NCBI GenBank assembly: GCA_951406725.2
Contig: OX597823.1
Span: 58,962,001-59,026,000, forward strand
DNA: 64,000 nt
Direction: 5' to 3'
Source of the DNA: Octopus vulgaris
Taxonomy: Eukaryota
The position numbers and the translations under genes are program-made. This document shows, piece by piece, positions 27,227-41,704 of the stretch. The notes beneath the pieces are model-generated. The model was not told the origin of the DNA. It saw nothing but the letters and a program-made list of their open reading frames with translations, and made no database searches. Numbering within the stretch: position 1 is the first letter of the stretch; each line of letters opens with the position of its first letter.

Positions 27227-27507
27227 ATAAACACACCAACACCGGTTGCCAGGTGGTGAAGGGGAGACAAACACAGACACAAAGACACTTACACAAACAC
27301 ACACACACACACATACACACAGACACACAGACACACAGACACACACACACACACGCGCACACGCATATACATATATATACGACAAACTTCTTTCAGTTTC
27401 CGTCTACCAAATCAACTCACAAGACTCTGGTTGGCCCGAGGCTATATTAGAAGACATTAGTCTAAGTTGTCACGTAGTTGGGAAGCGACCTCCTTACCAC
27501 ACAGCCA
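27227..27507 (-). mobile_element. SINE family A, 3'-truncated, abutting the Penelope-like fragment
   Basis: ctttcagtttccgtctaccaaatc...ccttaccacacagcc on the plus strand. Confidence 0.8.
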
Positions 27508-28289
27508 AGGTGTTACACAGGCACTCAACTACGAGTCCACTGTGTCTTGTAGCAGGAATAGCTCTAAGCTAATGAAGTTCATCGCTTATTCTTTTGTCAT
27601 CTCATTTTCTTATTAACGCTCTATACACGACTGTTGCAACCTTCTGAATCCTATATATATTGAGTTCTACACAAGGCTATAAATCTCACAATGACTAAGC
27701 AAAATATCAACCCTTTGAGGTAATTCCCGTCGAAGGAGGCCACTCCAAACCTGCTGGTCTCTGCACCCGTCTTAGTCAGCTTAGTACTTACTCTCAAACT
27801 ACTTGGCGCAGGCAAAAAGAACATTCCTGTAGCGTCAGGGATAAGTTTTCATAGCTATTTGAGGACGTTTCGCTCTTATTGATAACCTTCGAACACGAAG
27901 AATCTGCCATCAAATAATTTACCTGAAATCAAGTGCGTCCTTATTAGTCTGCGAAATATCTCCCTGCATATGCTGTGTGTCGGCAGCATTTTGCATCAGG
28001 CATACAAAATCAAGTACATGATTCTCTTCCCATGTGTCATGTCATCTCCAAGTTTACACATAGTCGCTGTAATCCCAATCACTATTGCATATTTGTTTCA
28101 TTGATCGATGGAGCTTTGGACTGACAATCTTCTGTGCTTGGAATGTTGTTCGAATGAAAAGTGGCCACATTCCAAAAATTATTTGTACGGCCAATAAGAG
28201 GAGAGATATCGTGGCGTCCTTTATAATCGATCCATGACATAGCTAAGTTAGTTTTCCTCCTCTTGCAGTCTCAAAGTATAGTTTTATCT

Positions 28290-29312
28290 ACCAGAGAGGT
28301 CAAATTATTGGTGCCTGTACGGCAGGTGCAAACGTAACGAAAGCAGCCGAAATGTTTGGTGTATCAAGAAGTACTGTCTCGAAAGTAATAACAGCCTCTG
28401 AGAAAGAGGGGGAAAACCTCTTCGTTGAAACAAAACTCTGGAAGGAAACCAAAACTTTCAGATAGAGGCTGTCGGACTCTTACACGGATTGTTAGAAAGG
28501 ATCACAAAAGTACAGCTCCCAAAATTCCTGCAGAGCTTAATGACCTCCTCGAGAACCCAGTTTCCACAAAAACTGTTCGCCGAGAGCTGTACAAACCCGG
28601 ATTTCATGGGAGGGCTGCAATCAGAAAACCACTACTTTCAAAAACAAACGTTGCGAAGCGTTTAGAGTGGAGTATAAACCTACAGTATTGGTCTCTAGAG
28701 CAGTGGAAGAATGTTATTTTCTGGGATGTGTCATCCTTTGCCTTATTTCTGACCACCGCCTTCTTCCAACTGTTAAACATGGAGAAGAATCTGTGATGAT
28801 CTGGGAGTGGAGGGATATAAGTTGGAAATCTGCTGGTCCAATAGTTTCCCATCATGGCAGAATTAATAGTCAAGACTATTTAAGCGTTTTATCTGATCAA
28901 ATTCATCCTATGGTTGCGGAACTGTTTCCGGAAGGAAACCCAATCTTTAAGGATGATAATGCACCAATTCACACAGCTAAATTTGTTAATGAATGGCACG
29001 AGAAACATTCTAGTGAAGTTGAACATCTTATCTGGCTACCACAGTCCCCAGATCTCAATATTATTGAACATTCATGGTGCGCTTTAGAAAAACAAGTAAG
29101 GAGTCGATATACTTCACTATCATCACTACAAGAACTGGAGACTGTTTTAGCTGAAGGATGGACAAAAATTCCTTTGGAAACAATTCAAAGTTTGTACGAG
29201 TCCATACATCGTAGAATTGAAGCTGTAATTACTACCAAATGCGGTCCTACTACATATTAAAATATATTTGTTTGACATTTTAAGGTGTTTCCATTATTTT
29301 GTCCAACCCCTG
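28290..29312 (+). mobile_element. Tc1-family DNA transposon remnant, DD36E transposase pseudogene, right TIR retained
   Basis: QRGQIIGA...GVSRSTVSKV (HTH), SGRKPKLS, WKNVIFWD, TVKHG, FKDDNAPIH...QSPDLNIIEH. Two frameshifts. Ends ggtgtttccattattttgtccaacccctg|TA; left TIR not found. Confidence 0.92.
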
Positions 29313-29804
29313 TATATTAATAGGACATATCGAGAGGATGGTTGTTAGTGCCTCATAGTCCGAGAGAAAGGTTTCTGTAACTTCTTGTAAACAACCAGCA
29401 CAAATGATTTGTTTATAGTGGTCAAATGTGTGTGCCGTACATTAGCTCATTCCCTCCATCAAATAAATGTTGCTTCAACAGGTACACGGTGTATCACACG
29501 TCAGGTGCTAAAGTGATCGCAGAGCAACTCGAGATGAAGTGTTTTACTCAAGGGCACAACACAAACACCGTCCTGGAACTGAAGCCCTGATATCGCAATC
29601 GTCAGTGCAATACCCTATGCAGAAGTTCATGCACCCTCGAATTCAAGAACACACGCTATCCTTCATTTTTGGGATCAACAATACTTTATTATCTCCCTTT
29701 CTTTCAACCTCTTCTTTCAAACTTTTTTCTAATCAGTAGCCATGCTTGACCACTAAATCCACAAGTTTTATTTATTCTCTCTCTCTGTGTTTATTTTCTC
29801 TTAT

Positions 29805-29843
29805 TCTTTTCGGTTGAAGAGCGTAGGCTCGAAACGTAAAAGA
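29805..29843 (+). ncRNA. Degenerate minimal hammerhead in a Penelope-type terminal repeat
   Basis: tctttt-CGGTTGA-a-GAGC gtag GCTC-GAAA-C-GTA-aaaga; ACGT palindromic stem III. Confidence 0.55.
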
Positions 29844-29982
29844 CTTTTTCATTTTGCCGGGGGTCAAACTAATACACCTGCTTGTTGTTGATACACCTGT
29901 CTCGAGAGTGTTAAGAAACACCTACAGTGCTAGAAATACGAGCGGTGTTTCTCAACACCCTAGCAACATTTTGTGATATTTA

Positions 29983-30042
<60 letters not shown>

Positions 30043-30043
30043 C

Positions 30044-30077
<34 letters not shown>

Positions 30078-30218
30078 ATATATATTTATATATATATATA
30101 TATATATGAAGGTTTAGAGATGATGTACAGGTATTTTATATTAGAAGAAACGAGGTACTCAGAAATTCGGATGGTTTTATGTTTACAGATATTTATTTGT
30201 ATATTACCTGTTTTTATA

Positions 30219-30266
<48 letters not shown>

Positions 30267-31101
30267 ACGCATGTCATGCACATACATACAGAGGCACGTT
30301 CATTAAATATATTTGTGTATGCTGGTGTTTATGTATACGCATATAAAGCCGCTATGTAAAGAAAGAGAAAGCCCACTGAAAATTTTCCGAAAGAATGAAA
30401 ATAAGCTCCGCATAAATTATTCAAATGAAGCTAATGGAGAACCAAACATCACCATAGCTTAACACACGGCTTCCAAATGTTTACAAGAGTTTCTGTCTGA
30501 ACCAGTAACTACGTGAACAACATCAATAACAAAAATCTTAGCGATAATAGCAATAACAATAAATAGTTTAACAGATGGGTGGGTATTATAGTTTCTGTTA
30601 TGTCATAATACATAGATAAAAGCTGGCAGAAAATGCTATTGTTTAAATAGGGACGGGAAATGGTGGACAACCTGGAGGTTTTTATTTTATAAATTCATCT
30701 ATTACTTAGGTTTCGTGTGTAAGAATTTTAAGAGAATTTAATTCGAAAGGCAAGAAATCTTAATGGGACTGAAATTGAAAGTAAAAGGAAAATAACGGAA
30801 TAAATAAATATATTAATAAAAAAAAAAGCAACAGACACTATTCCTAAAAGTCGCTAAAAGTTGTGATAAATATAAGATATTACACAAAAGAAAAAAGTAT
30901 TTGACGTTCCCTGAAGTGGCGGAAATTTCTGGTAAAATACACAACAAAACAAACATTTATTTCGTCCACATAGCTTTATACACATTACTTTTTTTGATTT
31001 GAAAAATAGTTTTCTAAAATGTATAAGTCTTTTGATAAAAGTTTTCTCTGTATACGTATATGTATATCCATGTATGTATGCGTGTATGCATGATGTACGT
31101 A

Positions 31102-31146
<45 letters not shown>

Positions 31147-31312
31147 GTAATGCATATGTGTGTATGTGTGTGTGTTCATTACATTTATTTATTTATGTGG
31201 ATGAGTTAAGAATCAAATCATTTTTCCTAATACTTTTTGTCAGTTATTGAAAAATATATCTAAATATACTCACAAAGACTTTAGACAACATTTGAAAAGA
31301 AAATACATTTAT

Positions 31313-31426
<114 letters not shown>

Positions 31427-31471
31427 GTTATTATTGTTATTATTGTTATTATTATTATTATTATTATTATA

Positions 31472-31554
<83 letters not shown>

Positions 31555-31793
31555 TTCTCTCTTCCATTCTTTTTTTTTTTTCATCATTTGCAATATCTGT
31601 AATAGTTTCATGGCTTTCAGCAAAATCACTTATCTTTTATTAGTAAAATTAAAATTTGAAAAATGTTCTTAAATCTATGCAGTTTACTAAATCTTTATTT
31701 TAGTATCTTACTGTATATGTACTTTACCTCTGCTATACGTTCTAAGAATATCTGTGGGGGGTTACTTCAAAGATATGCGACTCTACACACACA

Positions 31794-31831
<38 letters not shown>

Positions 31832-32409
31832 TATACGTATGTATGCGTACACACAAAACAGCAGATGAAAGTACCCATATGCGCTTGTGCATCTTTATGT
31901 TTATCTATGTATGCGCACTTATATGTGTGTCGGTTTGTGTATATGTACAGTGCATATATATATATGTACACATATGTGTGTATTTATATCAATGTATGTA
32001 TGTATGTATATATATATATATATATATTATATTATATTATATTATATATGTGTTTGTATGTATATAACCAGACTACATGTATCTGATAGCATTGATGCAT
32101 CTGTATGTTCTCATTTTATTCGAGTTGTTATTTGCCTTGTCTAATTCTCTATATTTGGTTATATATGCATTTCTTATTTTCGTTTGTTTCTTTAGCCAAC
32201 CAATCTAGAGAATCAAGAATGCATTTTGTATTTTAAGATCATTGTCATCAGAGAGAATATCCTCTTATGGTGTATGTTTTATACGATGTTCTCTTGTTGA
32301 AATGCCATGTCTTAGACCAAGCGATCTTGGTCTACATACACACATACACACAGACACATACATAGATACATATATACATAAATAGATTGATAGACAGATA
32401 GATATGGAC

Positions 32410-32912
32410 GTAGTCATGGCTGTGTGGTAAGAACTTCGCGTCTCAAACATACGGTTCCGGGTTCAGTCTCATGCGGGGCATCGTGAGTAAGTGCCTTCTA
32501 CTACAGCTTCAGGCCGACCAAAGCCCTGTGTATGGATTTGTTAGACAGAAAGTGAAAGAAGCCCGTCGCATGCATATGTCTAGATGCGTGTGTCTTGACA
32601 ACTGGTGTTAGTTTATTTACGTCCCCTTAACTAAGCGGTTCTGCACTACAGATCGGCAATGCAATATCAGGGTGTAAAAAATTATTACTGAAGTAGAGTT
32701 GTTTGTCTAAAATCCTTCAAGGAGGTGCTCCACGCTGGAGCACCTACTTGAAGCATATACACAACAGGCTTCTTTCCGTTTCCGTCTACCAAATCCACTC
32801 AAAAGGCTTTGGTCAGCCCGGGGCTATAGTAGTAGACACTTGCCCAAGGTGCTACGGAGTGAGACTGAACCCGGAACCATGTGGTTCGTAAGCAAGCTTC
32901 TTACCACACAAT
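32410..32912. mobile_element. Two SINE family A copies, convergent (32410-32740 +, 32765-32912 -)
   Basis: Family A head on each strand. Confidence 0.8.
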
Positions 32913-32989
32913 TTAGTTTTCATTTTATATTTTTCCTTTTTCTCTTTATCTTTCTTCTTATTTTTCTGTATCACATGACTTTGTAAATG

Positions 32990-33118
32990 AACAATTTGGC
33001 GTGTTTTATTTTAATAGCCTACCAATGTATACAGTGAGTTTCTCTGCCATAAGTGTAAGAAAGACACCCGGCAAGAAATAGAAACAGAATTGAAAGAAGA
33101 TGATAACGGTAATAATAA
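32990..33118 (+). mobile_element. Old 3'-UTR-only fragment of the 40688 Dong-type LINE
   Basis: taatagcctaccaatgtatacagtgagtttctctgcc...agacacccggcaagaaat matches 41785-41870; ends in taataataa. Confidence 0.7.
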
Positions 33119-33124
33119 ACTTGA

Positions 33125-33750
33125 CTACTGTGGGCACGAGGCCTGAAATTTTAAGGGAAGGGGTAAGTAGATAATATGGACCCCAGTACTTGACTGGTAC
33201 TTAATTTATCGACCCCGAAAGGATGAAAGGCAAAGTCGACCTCGGCGGAATTTCAACTCAGAACGCAGCAGTAGACGAAATACTACTAAGTATTTCGTCC
33301 GGCATGTAAAGATTCTGTCACCTCGCTGCCTTAATCATAACAACAACAACAACAACAACAACAACAATAACAACAATAATCCTATGTATTATAGGTATAA
33401 GGCCGTAAAGTTAGAGGAGGGAGGAAGTCGATTACATCGCCCTTAGTATTCAACTGATATCTATTTTATCGAGATCGAAAGGTTGAGAGGCAAAGTCAAC
33501 CGTGGCACAATTTGAGTGCAGAACGTAAAGACGGACGAAATGCTGCTAAGCATTTCGGTCAAAGCTGGTAGAATCGTTAGCTCTCTAAGTACAATGCTTA
33601 GCGTATTTATGTTCTGGGTTCAAATTCCGCCGAGGCCGAATTTCCTTTTCATTCTTTTGGAGTCGATAAAGTATCAGTTGAATAATAGGGTCGATATGAT
33701 CAACTTACCCCACCCCATAAATTGCTGGCCTTGTGTCAAAATTTAGAACC
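33125..33750. mobile_element. Cluster of three SINE family D copies (-, -, +)
   Basis: atcgaccccgaaaggatgaaaggcaaagtcgacctcggcggaatt-type sequence twice, then its reverse complement. Confidence 0.8.
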
Positions 33751-33788
33751 ACCACCACCAACTTCTACTACTACTACTACTACTGCTG

Positions 33789-33866
<78 letters not shown>

Positions 33867-35045
33867 TCATTAATCTGGGACTTTTTGAGCGGCATTTCCC
33901 CCGGATTATCAGCCCTACTATTCTGGATTCTATTAAGCAGTTATTTTTCTAATTACTATTTTCATATCCTTGTGTTATATCCTTATTGTTGTCATGTCTC
34001 CCAACGATAGGTGCAAACCCTACCTGCTTGTGTGTCGCATCTTTTCCTTTAATATCGCCTTCCATGTCTTTTGACCTTGTAGCCAAATGAATAAATCATC
34101 ATTATTGTCATTATTATTATTATATTTAAAACTTCTCATGACCAGACGTCTATAACAATTCTCATAACAATGTTTTGTCTCTAGATTATTCATAGAAAAA
34201 GGAATTTTCTCGATCCTGCTTTTCCTTTGGAATACTAACAAAATGCTTTGAGGTAAATTAAAATCCACTTCATTCTGAGGTGGAAGAAATGTTAGTCCTC
34301 GACACTGTTTACATTTCTGTTTTTTAGTTTGACTAGCAGCCTGTAGCATTGCTATTCGTGCTTAAGCATGGCTACCTCAATGCTTTCAAAAGGAGGTACT
34401 CATCAAAATCTTATAGTGTTAATAGTGAAAAGAATTTTAAACAACCAATGTGTTTTTCATTGCTATTGTTTTCGAAATCCAGTGCAAAACTAAGAACAAA
34501 CGCTATGATTATTGGACAGAGAAGTCAAAACAAGAAATTACAGATACATATCAAAATTATTAATTTAAATGTTAAAACAACATACGCATCAACAAGAACA
34601 ACATCTACTGTAGAGTGATTTTTTACTAAATTGCCGGTTATAGAATTATACAGAATATAAGGGAACCCTCAATCAAGGAGAAAGAGAAACAGTAGACAAG
34701 GTATGTTACAATAATGAATGCATCTAAGAAATAGAAAGGAGGATTTGCAAATGTCAAGGAAGGTTCTTAAATATCTACAAAACAAGATTTAGAAGCATTT
34801 CTTTGGAGCGGGGCTGGACATATCCAAGCTGATGATGTTGATTATTGCAGAAGAGGAGACGAGTAAATACACAAGGCTTAGAGCGCTAAACATCTGGTGC
34901 ACAGTTATATGGACATGAGATACAGCAAAAGTGGTTGCTACAGTTAGAGATGTTGTTGGTACGGTTAACCTTTTCCTAATCACCTTTAATCACGCGGAGA
35001 TACGGGAAGAATTCGAGGGATTTGTGTCCATCATCACGAGAAATG

Positions 35046-35097
<52 letters not shown>

Positions 35098-35308
35098 GAG
35101 AGAGAGAGAGAGAGAGAGAGTGAGAGAGAGAGAGAAGGTTCATGGGGAAAATGAACTAGAAGAGATCAGGAAATAATGAAAAGGAGTCGAAGATGCAAGA
35201 TGTCTCATAAATGCGTGATAGAAGACCCGCAAAAAAGAGTGAAGAGACTCTTGTCAAAACTTTAGACCCAGACTAGATTATTCATGATAACCGTACACAG
35301 TACATACG

Positions 35309-35399
<91 letters not shown>

Positions 35400-35441
35400 A
35401 TGTCTGTCTATGTATCTATCTGTCTATCTCCCTATCTATCC

Positions 35442-35488
<47 letters not shown>

Positions 35489-36095
35489 CGCACATAAACA
35501 GAGAGAGAGAGACAGAGACAGATGGATAAATGAGCAGATAAACGTATGCAGTATATGAATGTATATGTATGTATATATGTATGAATATAGGTATATAGAA
35601 ATATGTGCATGTATGTATGTATGTATGTATGTATGTATGCATGCATGCATGCATGTATGTATGTATGTATGTATGTATGTATGTATGTATGTATGTATGT
35701 ATGTATGTATGTATGTATGTATGTATGTATGTATGTATGTATGTATGTATGTATGTATGTATGTATGTATGTATGTATGTATGCATGCAGGTATGTATGT
35801 CTATGTATTTTCACCTGTAACAGTTGACCTATCAATGTTATCAGCGATTAAGAAGTGTGAAATTGGAAAATGATTATAGCCACATCTGAATCATATCAGA
35901 GCCGGGGGTAAATAATTTGGAAAGTTTTTTTCTCTTTGAACATTCGCCCCAGGAATGTATCAGCTTCACGCTTAAATTCAGTTAGAGAAATGTGTGATAG
36001 ATTGTGTGTATACACACACACACACACACAGAGGAAAATAGAGAGAGAGAGAGAGAGAGAGAAAATATACATATACATACATACGTACATAATAC

Positions 36096-36161
<66 letters not shown>

Positions 36162-36183
36162 ATATATACATACACACACATAC

Positions 36184-36214
<31 letters not shown>

Positions 36215-37059
36215 TATATATAAGCATATAATTAGCTGTATTATTTATACATACACACATAAACTTACAAATACACGCAAAGACAAGACAGACACACATA
36301 TACCTATATTAAAATGTATATGATTATTAAACGTAATTAGACAAAGTGTAGAAAAAATAATTAAACTGTATTTTATGGTGAATTATTTATATGATAAAGA
36401 AATATGCTTTGCAGCCAAGTCACCGCTTCGTAGCAATATCTTATACGAGTAAATTATCTCTTGTTCATCTTAACCTTGGTTGTATACTTTGGTTGATGGA
36501 AACTTTGCAGAAACTCTTTGGATGATTTCTCTCATTAACTCAAATGGTCCAACGTTATCGCATTGTTTCTCGCTGATTCCTCTTAAATTATATTATCCGT
36601 CTGAACGAGTCAAGTAAATGTATCCGCTCAAAATTGTATTACTGTTAACTACGGTAAGTGATTTCCCCCCACTAGTTTTGGAAAGACCTCTTCTTATGCT
36701 GCAAGAAGCAAAAAATACTTCATGTGACCCATTTTACAAAATCAACATTTCTGAAAATGCCACTTTTATTTTATGGTGGATAATTTACGTCATCACGGGC
36801 ATGACAATGAAATTTAACTACGTATCAATTTCGGGATGTACCTTCCAGTCTAACTAGGGGCTACAGTGGAAAATACATACCTATGTTACTGCGGAGTGAA
36901 CTGAACCAAAGATCATATAGTTGGGAAGCAAGATTATTATCACACAGCCATACACGCGCATCTAACAATTTCAGAAGTCAACGATGGTGCTTTATTCGGT
37001 TTCTTCAGATATAGCAACCGAATCGTCTACAAATTGTTATATATATATACATATATAGC

Positions 37060-37136
37060 ACCAGGTGGTGCTATTAAGTTAGACATGGCCTGGGCCAATA
37101 ATGGCCGAAACCTATCAAAATATCAAAGTATCAAAG

Positions 37137-37138
<2 letters not shown>
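37060..37138 (+). mobile_element. Extreme 3' end of a CR1-like LINE (same family as 58164)
   Basis: caggtggtgctattaagttagacatggcctgg identical to 58347-58378; ggcca-ataa-tggcc stem-loop; (atcaaagt)n tail. Confidence 0.75.
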
Positions 37139-37206
<68 letters not shown>

Positions 37207-37277
37207 CATATCTACCTACCTACCTACCTGTCTGTCTGTGTTTATGTATGTATATGTGTGTGTGTTTGTGTGTGTGT

Positions 37278-37850
37278 GTTGGGAAATAAACTTTACTATT
37301 CGGTACTGTTACTGTAGCAGTTGTTTTTCTATTTACGAGATCAGCGATTGTGTGTCACTTAAAAGATATATAGTATTTGCAAGAGAGCCTTCATCACTAG
37401 CCAGTCATATTCTCACACTGATGACGCGTTACTACCCAGAAATCTAGGTGTGTGAGCATTATGTATGACTAGAAATGGGAGCGATGACCTCCCTTGCATT
37501 GACTATACGGGCACATTTCTTATATGTGCCGGTAACCAACTGGAAAAGATATTTCCCTTGGGCTAAATAATCATAACATCGTCCTTGTATAGAACGATGT
37601 TTCTGATTAAAAAGAAAGAATACATTGTTTGCTAAACTTATCCTTGCACGAAACTTATGAAAATACAAGATTTTCATAGCTCGAACAACTTTCGTTATTA
37701 ATTTTACCTAAGGCGGTGAGCTTGTAGAATCGTTTTCACACTGGACGAAATGCTTAGCAGTATTTCGTCCGTCGCTACGTTATGAGTTCAAATTCGACCG
37801 ACTTACTATTCGGTACTATTACTGTATATCACTCGCTCAGAGATTTAAAA
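37278..37850 (+). mobile_element. Diverged third HH1 unit, with a partial restart at ~37803 after a SINE D fragment (37709-37800)
   Basis: acgagatcagc...ctagaaatgggagcgatgacct...gtccttgtatag matches 21530-21865. Confidence 0.75.
37412..37456 (+). ncRNA. Minimal type I hammerhead; core intact, cleavage triplet GUG
   Basis: CTCACA-CTGATGA-c gcgt tact accc a-GAAA-t ctag GTG-TGTGAG; perfect stem I; palindromic CTAG loop III. Confidence 0.72.
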
Positions 37851-38322
37851 CACGTTGTTTTTCACTTTATATATATATATATTGATTTTGAGAAATAGAG
37901 ATATTGCATTTTGTACCACAAGATACACTAAGTCTAAAAGTTTTTAAAATTGAAAGGATGCTAAAATGCTAACGTGTGAAACACTTCTGATCATAGGTTA
38001 GAAAGCCATCACTGGAACTGTAAATATTTGTAAAACTTTCCAGAAGATTATCATTTAAGTATGGACACGTCTAAACATACAACTATATGTATGAGAATAC
38101 ATGCATAAAACAAAACATACAAATCTGAAAATGCACTGACTCCAAATGTATATATATACACACATATATACACATTGATGCAAAAATACCCTGTTGATGT
38201 AGAAATTCCAATGAATTGGATTTAGGTTAGAGACCGCTTCTTTCTCTATTGGCAAGAAATTTTGAAATTACACTGAATAATAACATACATACTTCCAATA
38301 TGCATGCACACACACATATAAA

Positions 38323-38358
<36 letters not shown>

Positions 38359-38499
38359 TATTATATATACATATATATATGCACCGAATATATGAAAATA
38401 TACAACCAGCAATAATTATTCATTATATGTGGGTATAAATATGTATAAATATGCACAGACATATATATATATATAGATATGTATATATACATACATACA

Positions 38500-38807
38500 T
38501 ATATATAAGCATATTATACACCACATATATAATGTAATGTGTACGTATATATACACTCATGAATGTATCGGTGTATGAGTATGCATATATGTACGGAACA
38601 TTTGGAACTTATGTATATTATTACACGTCCCCAATTATCAAAGAGCCACGTGATGATTACACAGTATTTTGTAAATAGGTTTATTCATATTATTTCAATA
38701 TGGCCCCCATTATTTCAGCACAGCAAATGTTTGCTAAGCCTCTCATGAGAATTAGAGTATATTCGCTTCTTGAAATACCGGTGGCCATATTAAAAGTGTG
38801 TTTAGTA

Positions 38808-38853
<46 letters not shown>

Positions 38854-39260
38854 TACACTCGGGCACTCACATGCGCATATATAAGCATATTACTACACAA
38901 ACACACACACACATATAATGTGTACGTATATGCATATACACTCATGAATGCTTATCGGTGTATGAGTGCATATATGTACGGAACATTTGGAACTTAATGT
39001 ATTAAGTTATTTACGTACAATTATCAAAGAGAATGATTACACAGTATGTATGTATGTATGTATTCATATGTATTTCAATATGGCCCCCATTATTTCAGCA
39101 CAGCAAATGTATCATGTATATATGAGAATTATGAGTATATATGTTTGAAATTTACCGGTGGCCATATTAAAAGTGTGTATTATACTCATATACATAAGTA
39201 TGTGTATATACACATGTCTAATGTATGTTTACACTCGGGCACTCACATGCGCATGCGTAC
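38500..39260 (+). repeat. Imperfect ~375-bp tandem duplication
   Basis: tgtacggaacatttggaactta, tatggcccccattatttcagcacagcaaatg, accggtggccatattaaaagtgtg and gtttacactcgggcactcacatgcgca each occur twice. Confidence 0.85.
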
Positions 39261-39420
39261 ACACATACACATACTCACACAAACACACACACACACACAA
39301 ATGTATGCTTATGCATATGCACACTGTGTTTTGCTTATTCCTTTGAAGTTAATACGCAAAAGTTCTGTGAAAATTCCGTCACATTCTGTAATTATTAAGT
39401 TATTTACGTACAGATTATAA

Positions 39421-39451
<31 letters not shown>

Positions 39452-40120
39452 TGTATGTATGTATGTATGTATGTATGTATGTATGCATGCATATATATAT
39501 ATATACATGTATCATGTATATATATATGAGTATATATGTTTATTTATGCGTGTAAATAGTTATGTATGTATAGATATATAGATAGATATATTGACAGACA
39601 GAAAGACGAGACAGACAGAGAAATAGATAGACAGAGAGACAGACAGACTGAAACATATATAGGCAAACAGATAGATGAATTGATGGATAGATAGATAGAT
39701 AAGTAGATGGATGTGTAAAAAGAGAAAGAACGAAACATACTGATAGATATACACACATATATGCGTATTAATGTGAGTGTATCTATGTATATATATATGT
39801 ATAAGTATATCTATATTTATACCTCTATCTATCTATATATCTATCTATCTATCTGTCTATCTATCTATCTATCTATCTATCTATATAATCATACATGCTT
39901 ACACGCATGCATAAAGTAAATTCTTTTGGTGGCAGCATTTGGCTCGTGAATTGCAAACTAAATTAACTTTACTTAATAATGTAAAACCGTAGTGGAGAAA
40001 ATTCTCTGCGGAGAAGCAACTGAGACTGAACACATCACCAAAATATTGTTGAATAGTATACCTCAAGGTAAAAATACCAACTTTGGTCTCTAAAATGAGA
40101 ACGCCAAAGTAAATCAATAA

Positions 40121-40121
<1 letters not shown>

Positions 40122-40181
<60 letters not shown>

Positions 40182-40196
40182 TCAATAATAACAATG

Positions 40197-40266
<70 letters not shown>

Positions 40267-40367
40267 TATTAATAATAATAACAATAATAATAATAATAAT
40301 AATAATATTAATAATATCAATAATAATAATGATAATAATAATAATAACAATAATAATAATAATAATG

Positions 40368-40456
<89 letters not shown>

Positions 40457-40537
40457 AACGATAATGATAACGATAATGATAATGATAATGATAATGATAA
40501 TGACAATGATAATAATAATAATAACAATAACAATAAC

Positions 40538-40581
<44 letters not shown>

Positions 40582-40594
40582 CAACAACAACAAC

Positions 40595-40687
<93 letters not shown>
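40122..40687. repeat. Long compound (AAT)/(GAT)/(AAC) microsatellite
   Basis: Seen directly. Confidence 0.95.
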
Positions 40688-40690
<3 letters not shown>

Positions 40691-41704
40691 GCTTACAAAA
40701 CAACCACAATTGGACTGGCCAAATATCTCGAAATATCGAATTACTGGATGCTAAAGCTCGTGGAAAATCACGAGAGACGAAAGAAGCTTCATTCTATCAT
40801 CAAGGAAAGCAAAAAATTTGCTATTGATCTCGTGCAGGATACCCAAACTGAACAACCCGAGGGAAGTACGGCAACTATTGTTGCAAAGAAGGTGAAAATG
40901 ATGGCAATGAAAAAAGCGCACGAGCAATTGGCTGATAGGTGGGAGGAGAAACCTCTGCACGGCAAATATGTGACCCGCAGCAAACAAGCTGATGTTGACC
41001 AGAAGCAAACCCATCAGTGGCTGCGGAGCTCAGGGCTAAAAGCAGAGAGCGAAGGTTTCATCCTGGCTGCTCAAGACCAAAGCCTATTAACCCGGAACTA
41101 CCAGGCCAATGTGATGAAAAATGGAGCAGACCCAAAATGCCGATTCTGCAACGACATGATTGAAACAGTGGACCACCTAATCTCTGGATGTAAAGTCTTA
41201 GCACCAGTGGAGTATAAATTAAGACATGACAGAGTTGGCCAATATCTCCACTGGCTAATAAGTCGGCATTACAATATCAAAACTGCCGACAAGTGGTATA
41301 ATCACCACCCTGAGGCTGTAACTGAAGGAGAAAATGTAACCATTCTGTGGGACTTTCCAGTACATACAGACCGAACCATCAAGGCCAATAAACCAGATAT
41401 TGTTGTGAAAGACCAAAACAATAAAGTTTGCTTATTGATCGACATGAGCATCCCCTGTGATCATAATATCTCAGCGAAAGAGTTTGACAAGCTCAGAAAA
41501 TATAAAGACCTACTCATTGAAATTGAGAAAATGTGGCATCTCAAGGCGGTTACAATACCAGTGATCGTAGGAGCACTAGGAATGATCAAGAAGGGAACCG
41601 AAAATTATATGAGAATGATCCCTGGCTTACCATCCCTGCAAGAAGTGCAAAAGATTGTCTTAACTGGTACATCACACGTATTGAGAAGAGCATTGTCGAT
41701 GTGA
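40688..41704 (+). CDS. C-terminal part (zinc knuckle + restriction-like endonuclease) of an R4/Dong-clade non-LTR retrotransposon ORF; 5'-truncated, frame uninterrupted
   Basis: W.EKPLHGKY, LKAESEGFILAAQDQ, CRFC...ETVDHLISGC (CCHC), RHD, ILWDFPVHTD...KPDIVV...LIDMSIP...KLRKY. The frame is open from the microsatellite junction, so the track ATG at 40748 is internal. Confidence 0.93.

Noticed and set aside
34000-35000. Possible decayed RTE-type LINE fragments (EIERRI-, AGHI-like words)
   Set aside because: Too degenerate to support by eye.
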